64,000 nucleotides of DNA from an uncultured Candidatus Saccharibacteria bacterium (GTDB lineage Bacteria > Patescibacteriota > CALEFQ01), in NCBI GenBank assembly GCA_965230955.1, contig OZ246404.1:33184-97183 (forward strand), in the 5' to 3' direction. The position numbers and the translations under genes were made by a program. The notes under the pieces were generated by a model that did no database searches, was not told the DNA's origin, and worked only from the letters and a program-made list of their open reading frames with translations. Numbering within the stretch: position 1 is the stretch's first letter; each line of letters starts with the position of its first letter. Positions 10,689-19,902 of the stretch are shown here, in pieces.

Positions 10689-11911
10689 TATTTTATGGCT
10701 CCGGACAAAGAATAGATAGGACTGATAATAGATACCGCTAAAAGGCCGACGGCTCCGCCGAGGACTAGCATCAATATTGGTTCAATGATGGATGAAATAT
10801 TTGCCATTTCTTGATCGACTTCATTTTCATAAAATTCAGCCAATTTGCTCAGAACTTCATCCAGTTTGCCTGTTTCTTCACCCACGGCCATGATTTGTAA
10901 AACGATCGGGATAAAAATATTGTCGTAGGGTTGAAATGATTGGCTGATTCCGACGCCTTTTTTGATTTGTTCGGCCGCGGCCAAAACCGCCTGGCGATAT
11001 TTCATATTTCCCAGAGTATCGGCGACGATTGTCAGTGAATCCACGATCGGAATGCCACTGCGCAAAAGCGAACTAAAAGTACGGCAGAAACGGGCCAGGT
11101 TAATCTTGCGGATTACCCCGCCGATTTTAGGTATTTTTAAGCCCAGTGAGCTGAGCAGAGTTTTTCCTTTTTCGGTGCGGAAAGCCAGGAGTAAAAAAAT
11201 TATCAAGACAATCGCACCGATCAAGAAGAAGAGCCAATTTTTACTCAGGAATTTGCTGGAATCGATCAGAATGCGAGTCATCAGGGGCAGATCGGCACCG
11301 AGATTTTCAAAAACGTCGATCAGCTTGGGCAAGACAAAAATCATCAGCATTGCTCCGATTCCAACCATGGTTACCACGATGACAATCGGATAATACATCG
11401 CTCCTTTGACTTTGCGCGTCAAATCGTAAGTTTTCTGGAGTTGGATCGAGAGCTCGTTCAGTACCCGACTTAAATTACCGGAGGATTCTCCGAGCTTGAC
11501 CATACTGGTGAACATCCGGGGAAAAACCTTCGGGTAAGCTTTGAGCGCATCGGCAAAGGCGGAGCCCTCTTCAACCCGTTTCTGGATATCGCGCAGCACT
11601 TCTCCGAAATATTTTTTACCTGCCTGTTGGGAAAGCACGCGTAGAGCCCGCGCCAAAGACAAACCGGCGTCGAGCATGACGCTGAGGTGCCTAGTGAATA
11701 ATATTTTTTGGAACATCGGCACGCCGCCGAGCTCCATTTTGAAGACACTTTTTTTACCGGCTTCTGTCCCGCCGTGCGGCGCGACAGCCTTGGTCAACAG
11801 CAAACCCTGCTCGCGCAGAAGTAGCGCCAGTGCATGTTCGTCCGGAGCGGAGAGCTCGCCGCTTTTCAATTGTCCCGCCTTTGTTCGGGCGGTGTAGGTG
11901 TAGACCGGCAT
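10688..11911 (-). CDS. pilC: type IV pilus/type II secretion platform protein PilC (GspF family)
   Basis: two T2SSF-like repeats, three TM segments. Confidence 0.85.
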   Translation of the reverse strand: MPVYTYTARTKAGQLKSGELSAPDEHALALLLREQGLLLTKAVAPHGGTEAGKKSVFKMELGGVPMFQKILFTRHLSVMLDAGLSLARALRVLSQQAGKKYFGEVLRDIQKRVEEGSAFADALKAYPKVFPRMFTSMVKLGESSGNLSRVLNELSIQLQKTYDLTRKVKGAMYYPIVIVVTMVGIGAMLMIFVLPKLIDVFENLGADLPLMTRILIDSSKFLSKNWLFFLIGAIVLIIFLLLAFRTEKGKTLLSSLGLKIPKIGGVIRKINLARFCRTFSSLLRSGIPIVDSLTIVADTLGNMKYRQAVLAAAEQIKKGVGISQSFQPYDNIFIPIVLQIMAVGEETGKLDEVLSKLAEFYENEVDQEMANISSIIEPILMLVLGGAVGLLAVSIISPIYSLSGAIK

Positions 11912-11915
11912 AAAA

Positions 11916-11966
11916 GAGTCTTTAGTCGTTGGTCCTTGGCTCGGCTAGAGACGAAAGACCAAAGAC
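11916..11966. repeat. family F4 inverted repeat (AGTCTTTAGTC ... GACGAAAGACCAAAGAC) between pilB and pilC
   Basis: same family at 29213 and 61724. Confidence 0.85.
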
Positions 11967-11971
11967 ATTTG

Positions 11972-13699
11972 TTATTCTTTCGTCGCGCGCAGGACTTCTT
12001 CAATCGAAGTCACGCCGGTGGCGGCTTTGATAAAACCGTCTTCCTGCATGGTGATCATGTTTTCGTCTTTGGCTTGTTTGAGAATTTCGTCGGTGGAAGC
12101 GCGTGAGACGATCAACTTACGAATCGATGCGGATATTTCCATTACTTCATATATACCGATGCGTCCTTTGTAGCCTTCACTGTTGCACTGGCTGCACCCG
12201 CGGGAATGATAGAACTTCAGATCCGCGATGGTGCTTTTGGCGGTCAGGATTCTTTCCCGTTGCATGATTTTTATGATCCGGTCGGTATCAAATTCTTTCT
12301 TCAAGGTCGCCATATAAGTAGGATCCGGCTTAAAGGCTTCCAAACAATTACTGCACAGCCGACGCACCAGGCGTTGTCCGATCACGGTGTTGACCGTCGA
12401 GGCGACCAAAAAGGGCTGAACCTGCATGTCGAGCAGTCGGGGCAAAGTCCCGGAGGCGTTGTTGGTATGGAGTGTCGAGAGGACTATGTGGCCGGTTAAA
12501 GCGGAATGGATGGCGATTTCCGCCGTTTCATTGTCGCGAATTTCTCCGACCATGATAATGTCCGGGTCTTGGCGCAGGAGCGAGCGCAACCCTTTGGCAA
12601 AAGTCAGTCCGATGCGGGAATTCATCTGCGTCTGATTGACGCGCGGCATGCGGTATTCGATCGGATCTTCGACGGTGGCGACGTTGACTTCGGGTTTATT
12701 GAGAATGTGCAAAATCGCGTACAGGGTCGTGGTTTTGCCGGAGCCGGTTGGGCCGGTGGCGAGGATCAGTCCGTGCGGACGATCGATATTGTGCTTGATA
12801 ATTTCCAAAGCGGAATGTTGAAACCCGAGTTGTTCCAGTGTCAGGATTTTTTGTTCTTCGTGCAAAATACGCATCACGATTTTTTCGCCGTCGAAAACCG
12901 GGATGATTGAAACGCGGAAAGAAACTTTGTATTCATCGGTTTCCTTTTTGAAACGTCCGTCTTGGGGGAGACGATGTTCGTCGATTTTGAGATTGGCCAA
13001 AACTTTTATCCGAGCCACCAAGCCGGTCTGGACCGATTGCGGGAGATTGACGATGTCATGCAAAATTCCATCAATCCGATAGCGAACAATGACTTCGTCT
13101 TCCATCGGTTCGATATGGACGTCCGAAGCGTCCTGGAGAACGGCGTAATCCAGTAGAGTGTCGATAATCCTGATGATCGGGAGTTCGCGCGCGGCTTCTT
13201 CCACGGTAACATCGGCTCGGGTCGATCGCGCGTCAGCCAATATCTCATCAAACTTCGATTTCAGACTTTGCCGATACAATTTCAAAACACCTTCCAGTCC
13301 TTTTTCCGGCGTGTAATAAGGGATGACGGTTAAGCCGGTTTTTTTCTTCAGGCCTTCGATCGTTTCCAGATCGGTCGGATCGATCATGGCCACGTGCAAT
13401 TCTTTGTCGGTTTTTTCAAAGGCGACGATCTTATGTTTTTTCACCAGCGGTTCCGGAATGATCAGTAGGACATCCTTGGGAATTTTTATCTGATTGAGGT
13501 CGACCGCCTTGACGCGGAAAGTCCGGGCGATTTCCGCCGTCAGTTTTTTATCATCAATGACCCGGGCATCCAGCAGGACTGTGACCAGTGATGTTTTTTC
13601 CTTGGCGGTCTGCGCCAAAAATTCCTTCAATTGGGAAGGGGTCAAAATTTGATCTTCGACCAGCTGTTGGCCGAGTTTGCTGTCATCAATCGGGGTCAT
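11972..13699 (-). CDS. pilB: type IV pilus assembly ATPase PilB (GspE family)
   Basis: Walker A GPTGSGKTTTLYA, GspE N-domain, tetracysteine CSNC...CSQC. Confidence 0.9.
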   Translation of the reverse strand: MTPIDDSKLGQQLVEDQILTPSQLKEFLAQTAKEKTSLVTVLLDARVIDDKKLTAEIARTFRVKAVDLNQIKIPKDVLLIIPEPLVKKHKIVAFEKTDKELHVAMIDPTDLETIEGLKKKTGLTVIPYYTPEKGLEGVLKLYRQSLKSKFDEILADARSTRADVTVEEAARELPIIRIIDTLLDYAVLQDASDVHIEPMEDEVIVRYRIDGILHDIVNLPQSVQTGLVARIKVLANLKIDEHRLPQDGRFKKETDEYKVSFRVSIIPVFDGEKIVMRILHEEQKILTLEQLGFQHSALEIIKHNIDRPHGLILATGPTGSGKTTTLYAILHILNKPEVNVATVEDPIEYRMPRVNQTQMNSRIGLTFAKGLRSLLRQDPDIIMVGEIRDNETAEIAIHSALTGHIVLSTLHTNNASGTLPRLLDMQVQPFLVASTVNTVIGQRLVRRLCSNCLEAFKPDPTYMATLKKEFDTDRIIKIMQRERILTAKSTIADLKFYHSRGCSQCNSEGYKGRIGIYEVMEISASIRKLIVSRASTDEILKQAKDENMITMQEDGFIKAATGVTSIEEVLRATKE

Positions 13700-14067
13700 G
13701 AAATTTTTGTTTTGATCAGTTTCACTATTTCTTCCAGGGAATGATCGGTCTTAACCAGATAATCAACGACGCCATAGCGCTTGGCTTCTTGGATGGTTTT
13801 ATCGTTGCCGGAATTAGACAGTACCAGTACCGGAATTTTTTTGATTTCGGGAGTTTTCTCCCGCTCGGCCAAAATTTCCAAACCGGTCATCGAAGGAAGC
13901 CAGATGTCTAGTAAAACAAAATCAGGCTTTGATCGTTGCAATTGATCCCAGCCTTCTTTTCCGTCAGCGGACGTCAGCACGTTAAAACCGGCGGTGGTTA
14001 ATTCGGCGTTTAGGGCATAAAGCAGCGCGGTTTCGTCTTCGATGATGAGGATAGTGCGTTTAGTCAT
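13696..14067 (-). CDS. stand-alone CheY-like response regulator receiver
   Basis: ILIIEDE...DFVLLDIWLP...KTD receiver pattern, no output domain. Confidence 0.85.
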   Translation of the reverse strand: MTKRTILIIEDETALLYALNAELTTAGFNVLTSADGKEGWDQLQRSKPDFVLLDIWLPSMTGLEILAEREKTPEIKKIPVLVLSNSGNDKTIQEAKRYGVVDYLVKTDHSLEEIVKLIKTKIS

Positions 14068-14078
14068 GGCGATATTTA

Positions 14079-15413
14079 TTAGGAGGAATATTTAATCGGC
14101 AGAATAATTGAAAAGGTCGATCCGTGGTTTTCCTCGCTTCGGACGTGGATTTTCCCTTCATGGCTGGTCACGATATTTTGGGCGATATAGAGTCCCAAAC
14201 CGGTTCCCTTGGGACTCATGGTCTCGATATTTTTGGCGCGGAAAAACTTGGTGAAAAGTTGGCTTTGTTCTGATTTAGGAATGCCCAAGCCGGAGTCTTG
14301 GATGACGATAACCGCCTGCTTCGGGTGGCTCAGAGGCTCGTAGCTGAGTTTGATCGAGATCCGGCCGTGGCCCGGAGTATATTTGAAAGCGTTATCGATC
14401 AGATTGTTGAGTACCATCGCCAGTGCGCGGGAATCGATCATTTGCTTTATTTTTTGGCTGGGGAGCTCGATCGTGAATTGTAAATTTTTCTTTTCGGCCA
14501 GCAATTTGAATTTTTCGGCGGCCGAGGTGATGACATCGCTGATTGACCCCATTTCCAATTGGGGCTTCAGACGTCCTTGTTCAATTCGGGAGACATCGAG
14601 CAGATCGCGTACTATTTGGATCATTTCTTCATTGGCCTCGACTGTTTTATCCAGCAGTTCCTGTTGGGGCGGAGTAATTTTCAACAATAATTGTTTGGTC
14701 AAGATTTCCAGATTCCATTTCATGGTTGACAGCGGAGTCTTGAGCTGATGCGAGGCGATAGAGATAAAATCCGATTTGATTTCATCAAGCTGTTTTTCAC
14801 GAGTGATGTCATGAAGGACTTTGATGAATCCCATCGGCTGGCCGAAAGGATCCTGCACCGTGGTGGTCTGAACTTGTAATACCTGCGGACGGGGGTGCGT
14901 CAGAGTTATCTCTTCCTGGAAAACTTCGTTTTTTATGCGATTGTTTAATCCCGGGCACCAATGTAAAACGGTGAAAAATGATTCGAACCGCGCGTCTGTC
15001 TGGGGACGCCGGACATCCAGGCCGATGACTGATTTTTCGCTGACGCCGAGAAGTTTTTCCCCGAGCGGATTGACCATGACCACTTGGCAGTTGTTATCAA
15101 GCATGATCAGCCCGTCGCAAAGGTAACGGATGATTGCTTCGGTTTTGGCTTTCTCTCTTTCCGCGGCTTTTTTGGCCACTCCCATCCGATTGATTCCTTG
15201 AGACACCAAGTAGTTGAGGATCAGTAGAACCATAGCTGAAATGATCAGAAGCATGGCCAGAAATTCGATCGAAACATAAAGCCGGGCAATGAGATAGGTG
15301 CCGACCATTATTCCAATGGTCAGAAGGCCCAAAATGGTAAACACAAAATTCGGGCACTCCCAGGGAGGCAGTTTTTCGCGGGCGCAGGTTGGATAGAAGC
15401 GTTGATAGAGCAT
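14079..15413 (-). CDS. sensor histidine kinase (TM, PAS, HisKA, HATPase_c); start set at MLYQRF because the ORF-track N-terminus MLPVTCY translates the palindrome arm
   Basis: H-box ASHQLKTPLSTMKWNLEIL; N, G1, G2 boxes (DNAFKYT, DSGLGIP, GTGLGL). Confidence 0.85.
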   Translation of the reverse strand: MLYQRFYPTCAREKLPPWECPNFVFTILGLLTIGIMVGTYLIARLYVSIEFLAMLLIISAMVLLILNYLVSQGINRMGVAKKAAEREKAKTEAIIRYLCDGLIMLDNNCQVVMVNPLGEKLLGVSEKSVIGLDVRRPQTDARFESFFTVLHWCPGLNNRIKNEVFQEEITLTHPRPQVLQVQTTTVQDPFGQPMGFIKVLHDITREKQLDEIKSDFISIASHQLKTPLSTMKWNLEILTKQLLLKITPPQQELLDKTVEANEEMIQIVRDLLDVSRIEQGRLKPQLEMGSISDVITSAAEKFKLLAEKKNLQFTIELPSQKIKQMIDSRALAMVLNNLIDNAFKYTPGHGRISIKLSYEPLSHPKQAVIVIQDSGLGIPKSEQSQLFTKFFRAKNIETMSPKGTGLGLYIAQNIVTSHEGKIHVRSEENHGSTFSIILPIKYSS

Positions 15414-15500
15414 GTAACAAGTAACAGGTAACAAGTAACAGGTAATAAGTAATGAAAGGTTGCCCTTTTTGTTACTCGTTACCTGTTACTTGTTACTTAG
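15411..15500. repeat. family F3 inverted repeat (GTAACAAGTAACAGGTAACA arms) between gpmI and the kinase gene
   Basis: arms reverse-complementary; same family at 40127. Confidence 0.85.
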
Positions 15501-17014
15501 AAAAGAGCAGGGGCGGTCATCTCTTCTGGCACATCATAACCCAGAGCCTTGAGCATGGTCGGGGCGGCACTGCCCAAAATACCGTCTTTCAGTTTGAGCG
15601 ATTTTATTTGAGGCCGGTCGGAAATTATGGTGAAGGGAACGGGATCGAGGGTGTGGCTCCGGGCGATTGCTCCGCTTGGTTCGATCATTTCTTCACAATT
15701 ACCGTGATCGGCAGTGATGATGGCGGTGCCGGACTGTCGGACGACTTCGGCGACTACCGCTTTTATCCGCTGGTCTAAAAATTCCAAGCTTCTGATGGTG
15801 GCGTTTAGATCGCCGGTGTGACCGACAATATCAGGATTGGCGTAATTGACTAAAATGAAATCAAAGTGTTGATCCTGCAGAGCCGTGAGAATTCTGGTAG
15901 TAACAGCCCCGGCGCTCATCTCGGGTTTCTCGGCGAAACTTCTGACCTTGACCGACGGAATGTTGATTCTTTCTTCCAGTGGGTACGGCTTAGAAGAACC
16001 GCCATGGAAAAAATAAGCAACATGAGAAAATTTTTCCTCCTCGGCGATATAGAGCTGGGGAACTTTTTTGATCCGGCCGAAAAATTCCGGAACCGTGTTG
16101 ATCAAACGATTGGTGACGTAGGCGATTGACATCGGTAAATCGTCGCCGAAATTAGTCAGGCCGAGGAAAAACAAATTCTTCACCTGCGGCCCGCGATCGA
16201 AAAATTTGAAATCGGGCAAGACAAATGGTTTGGTCAGTTGGCGGGTGCGATCTGATCGCAAGTTGAAAAAGACAAAGGCGTCACCGTCGGCGACCAATGC
16301 TCGAGGCAGGTAAGTATCGCTGATAACCGTCGGCTCAATCATGTCGTCATTGAGTCCGTATTGGTAAGCGCGGTTGACGGCCGCAGCGGGTGTTTTCTCA
16401 TATGGGCCGATGCCGTGAACCATGGCGTGATATGCGCGAGCGGTGCGATCGTAATTATGGGCGCGATCCATGGCGAAGTAGCGGCCGCTGACCGTGACGA
16501 TCTGGCCGACGCCGGTGGCGGCGATACTTGCTTCTACTTGTTCCAGATATTTGATGGCACTTCGTCTCGGAACGTCGATGCCGTCGGTGATGGCGTGAAT
16601 GTAAACTTTTTTGATTTTTTGCTGTCGAGCCAATTTGAGTAAAGCGAACAGAAATCGAATGTCGGAATGCACCAGTCCGTCGCTGATCATGCCAACGAGA
16701 TGCAATTTGGAATTGTGTTGCCTGACATGATTGAGAGCGGCCGTGAGCGTTGGATTATCAAAGAAAGCTCCGGAATCGATCGCCTGATTTATGACGGTCA
16801 CGTCTTGTGGAACTATTCGTCCGGCTCCGAGATTGAGATGTCCAACTTCCGAATTACCCATAATTCCCGGCGGGAGACCGACACTGGCGCAACAACTTTG
16901 CAAGCGAGCGGTCGGGTAATTCTCTCGTATGGAATGCAAAAAAGGAGTCCGGGCCAATTCCACCGCATTACCTTCGCGGCGCGGTGAAAGTCCGTAACCG
17001 TCCAAGATGATCAT
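15497..17014 (-). CDS. gpmI: 2,3-bisphosphoglycerate-independent phosphoglycerate mutase
   Basis: MIILDGYGLSPRREGNAV and metalloenzyme/alkaline phosphatase core; start moved to the MIILDG Met. Confidence 0.9.
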   Translation of the reverse strand: MIILDGYGLSPRREGNAVELARTPFLHSIRENYPTARLQSCCASVGLPPGIMGNSEVGHLNLGAGRIVPQDVTVINQAIDSGAFFDNPTLTAALNHVRQHNSKLHLVGMISDGLVHSDIRFLFALLKLARQQKIKKVYIHAITDGIDVPRRSAIKYLEQVEASIAATGVGQIVTVSGRYFAMDRAHNYDRTARAYHAMVHGIGPYEKTPAAAVNRAYQYGLNDDMIEPTVISDTYLPRALVADGDAFVFFNLRSDRTRQLTKPFVLPDFKFFDRGPQVKNLFFLGLTNFGDDLPMSIAYVTNRLINTVPEFFGRIKKVPQLYIAEEEKFSHVAYFFHGGSSKPYPLEERINIPSVKVRSFAEKPEMSAGAVTTRILTALQDQHFDFILVNYANPDIVGHTGDLNATIRSLEFLDQRIKAVVAEVVRQSGTAIITADHGNCEEMIEPSGAIARSHTLDPVPFTIISDRPQIKSLKLKDGILGSAAPTMLKALGYDVPEEMTAPALF

Positions 17015-17260
17015 AATTGTCGGGCCTGTTTTTGTTTTCAAGAGAAAAAATATCGTTTTAGGGAAAACGGGATAATCAAAAATATTATAGCATAAACACA
17101 TTGGGAGTCATAGGGAAAATTTATCTTCCGGTTCGGTCCCCGCTTCCGATTTGTTATTGACAAAATGTTTGAAAAATTATAGGGTCAGGGGTATTTCGTT
17201 GTCTGATGAGGTGTGTTTGGGGATATTCCAGGGTATTTTAGCTCAGAAAGGGGGAAATCG

Positions 17261-17560
17261 GTGAAGAAAGTTGAGTTAAGTCCCGCTTATTTGCGGAAAT
17301 TGGCGCGAGGGCTGGCGAAAGCGCTAAAAGCGGAAAATGGTGCTGATCAGGTTGTTCTGGTGTTCAAAAGACAAAGCCGATGCGTATTGGGAGAGGTTTA
17401 TGAACTTGAATCTGATCCCGAGCAGGTTCTAAAGAAAAGAGAGAGGAGGAAATACCGGAAATTTATTCGAAAGCTCGGAAACCTTCCCAAATCACGGGTT
17501 ATTCTGATCTCGAAAAAGACGTTTCGGGGACATTCATCCCGTGAAAAGAGGATTCGATAG
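17261..17560 (+). CDS. small basic hypothetical protein (GTG start with AAAGGGGG RBS)
   Basis: RBS plus ORF; no recognisable family. Confidence 0.4.
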   Translation: MKKVELSPAYLRKLARGLAKALKAENGADQVVLVFKRQSRCVLGEVYELESDPEQVLKKRERRKYRKFIRKLGNLPKSRVILISKKTFRGHSSREKRIR

Positions 17561-17571
17561 CCATTTATTGC

Positions 17572-17606
17572 CCCAGCCAGGTCAAGCGCGACCTGGCTGT
17601 TTTATT
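17572..17606 (+). terminator. intrinsic terminator CAGCCAGGTCAAGCGCGACCTGGCTG-TTTTATT
   Basis: perfect 10-bp stem followed by a T-run. Confidence 0.8.
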
Positions 17607-17729
17607 AAGTAACTGTGAGCAGGTGACAAGTAACAAAGGCGAAAATAAGGGAAAAGGGGCAAATTCCCGCTAGATCTGGGCATTGTTACTCTTTGTCGGT
17701 TGCAATTTATGCACGATTACCGTTGATTG

Positions 17730-17844
17730 TGTCAAAATATTTGACAGTGTATAGTTATTTAAAACTCTAAAGTATCAAATATTTTGACGATGTGTGTATG
17801 AGTGTCAAAAATAGTATTGACATAATTTCTAGCAAGAATATACT
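17730..17844 (+). promoter_or_regulatory. three TGTCAA(A)-N-TTTGACA palindromic operator-like sites plus promoter TTGACA-16-TATACT
   Basis: TGTCAAAATATTTGACA (perfect), TCAAATATTTTGA, TGTCAAAAATAGTATTGACA overlapping the -35. Confidence 0.5.
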
Positions 17845-17874
17845 CAGTGTAAATCGCGCGGAAGGAGGTGTTTA

Positions 17875-18033
17875 TGGATCCGCTTGGTTTTATCACATTT
17901 GCATTGATCGTTCTGATTGGTGGTCCTACCGGACTGTGTTTCTGGGCACAGGATCGAGCTCGGAAGTCGACGGATGAAAAATCCGCCACAAGTAATTCCG
18001 AGAAAAAAGAATCTCCAGAAAAGAAATCATAGG
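17875..18033 (+). CDS. 52-aa single-TM peptide (MDPLGFITFALIVLIGGPTGLCFWAQ...)
   Basis: GGAAGGAGGTG RBS 6 nt upstream; below the ORF-track length cut-off. Confidence 0.5.
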
Positions 18034-18067
18034 CGATGTCAGTGGCGGGTATCGCCTTGAATAGATC

Positions 18068-18150
18068 GCCAGGGGAGATTAACTTTCTCCCCTTTTTTTA
18101 TGAAAACAAAATCCCCTTCTCTGCTGTCAGAGGGGGATTTTGTATCTGTC
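18068..18150. terminator. two hairpin terminators (GGGGAGA..TCTCCCC-T6; AAAATCCCC..GGGGGATTTT)
   Basis: stems plus T-runs serving convergent genes. Confidence 0.7.
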
Positions 18151-18158
18151 GGCGGAAT

Positions 18159-19313
18159 CTAGAATGATACTTGGCTACTGTAAATTTTGAGATGCTCGAT
18201 TTGAGATTCGCTGAGATTCTTGGCGTGATCTACCGCTTCGTTTACCAAATCTTTGGAGAATGTCTGGCTCTCGCCCACGGCGACTCGGTGATTACCGGTG
18301 CGGTTTTGCAGATAATCTTCAATGTAGATGCGCTGTTCGGCGCTCAAATCATTACTAACTTGCCCACTATTCATGGCGGAGGTCAGTGCCTTGCGCGCCA
18401 GTTTGGTAATGCTATCGCCGGATTCGGCTGTTACTTCGATGCCGTCGCTGGTTACGGTAGCTGGTTTGACTGGTTCAACATTATTTTCTTCCTGAGCCGG
18501 TGTTTCGGCGACGACTTCCGTTTTGGTGGTGGTATCCTCGATCACGGTCACTTCTTTTTCCGCTTCGGTCACTGATTGCTGAGCCAGCTTCTGTTTGGCT
18601 TCTTCGCTTTGTTCGGTGGCTTTCGTTACCGCTTGGTCAATCGTCGCGGTCAGTTTCTCGGTGTTGTCGTTGATCACGGTCATGACTTGATCTTTGGCAG
18701 ACGCCAACTGCTCGTTCGCCGGTGTCAGAGCGGTTTCCAGCTGTTCCACAGTGGTTTTGGCTAGAGTTTTGCTTTGTAAATTAGTTAGTGATTTCAAGGT
18801 TGTCTGGGACAGGCTATCAACTTTCTTTTTGGCGCTGGCCAATCCCTGATCGATCGTTTTGTCCGCGGTTTTCTTGAAATTATCATCCACGGCGGACAGG
18901 CGTTCGACGGCGGCTGCTTTTTTGTCGTCAAAATTAGTCAGGGCCATCTCGGTGGCCGAATTGATTTCATCGGTAGTGGCTTGCCAGGCGTTGTTGAACT
19001 CGCTTTTCAAAGCGGCCAGCTGATCAACCGGATCAGTCGCTTCGTTGGCGGTCTCCCCTGCTTCTTTGATGGGTTCGGCGCTGGCGGTTTCTTCCTGCTT
19101 CACGTCTTCCTTGGCCGTTTCGTTTTGCGGTTCTTCGTTGTTGCGGGCAAAAACCCAGATGACTAAAATTGCGACGACAATGACGATCATGGTCGAGACA
19201 ATGCGACCCTTGCGCGACGGTTGCATGTCGAGCGGTTCGTTTTCGAAGAGTTCGGGATCTTTTTTCTCGGACTTGATTTCCTCCTGTTCGTGTTCGTGGT
19301 TTTTCTTTGACAT
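18159..19313 (-). CDS. membrane-anchored coiled-coil protein rich in Ala/Thr/Glu/Lys
   Basis: N-terminal TM (IVSTMIVIVVAILVIWVF) then low-complexity helical region. Confidence 0.5.
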   Translation of the reverse strand: MSKKNHEHEQEEIKSEKKDPELFENEPLDMQPSRKGRIVSTMIVIVVAILVIWVFARNNEEPQNETAKEDVKQEETASAEPIKEAGETANEATDPVDQLAALKSEFNNAWQATTDEINSATEMALTNFDDKKAAAVERLSAVDDNFKKTADKTIDQGLASAKKKVDSLSQTTLKSLTNLQSKTLAKTTVEQLETALTPANEQLASAKDQVMTVINDNTEKLTATIDQAVTKATEQSEEAKQKLAQQSVTEAEKEVTVIEDTTTKTEVVAETPAQEENNVEPVKPATVTSDGIEVTAESGDSITKLARKALTSAMNSGQVSNDLSAEQRIYIEDYLQNRTGNHRVAVGESQTFSKDLVNEAVDHAKNLSESQIEHLKIYSSQVSF

Positions 19314-19902
19314 AAAAAAATTGTCGAAAAACCAACAGTTTGGCCTTTTAACACCGCTTGAGCGCGGCTTTGGATCAGTGATCCGTTAGCCGCACCGTTG
19401 GAAATTAAGGGTATTAAAGAGGCACGCGAAACCCTCATTTGAGATTGAGGGTTTCATATCATTGTACGGAGGATCCGTTTTCTTATCAATGGTATAAACT
19501 GGGGAAAAGTGGCTGATTTAAGCAATAAAACAAGCGAAAAGTCAAAATAGTTTCTGAGCCAAGCCGAACGATCATTAGCCGCGATCTTATTTCCGCTAAA
19601 AGGCAGCCGCAGATGACGGAAATCAGAATTTGTTTCAAAATGCCGGCAAAAATTCCGATGTGATTCATATTGCCCCAGCAAACCGGTTCAGCTGGATAGC
19701 GGCTGGTCCGCGACTCTGGAGTTTTAAATACGGCCGCCGACGATCATTTGCTCAGTTAATAATTCAGGAGGCAGGAAAAAAGACGTCCCCCATCGAAAGA
19801 TGCGGAACGTTTATTTTTTTATTGAAACAAGTGTATACTTAAAGATAAATAATCCCGGGCATATACGTAATTGATATTATCAGATTATTTTTGTGACTAA
19901 GC

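Noticed and set aside
19033-19842. Short ORFs in the 590-nt gap (for example 19033-19335, 19187-19438)
   Set aside because: They have Arg/Ser-rich low-complexity translations, overlap each other and lack RBSs. The region is treated as non-coding.
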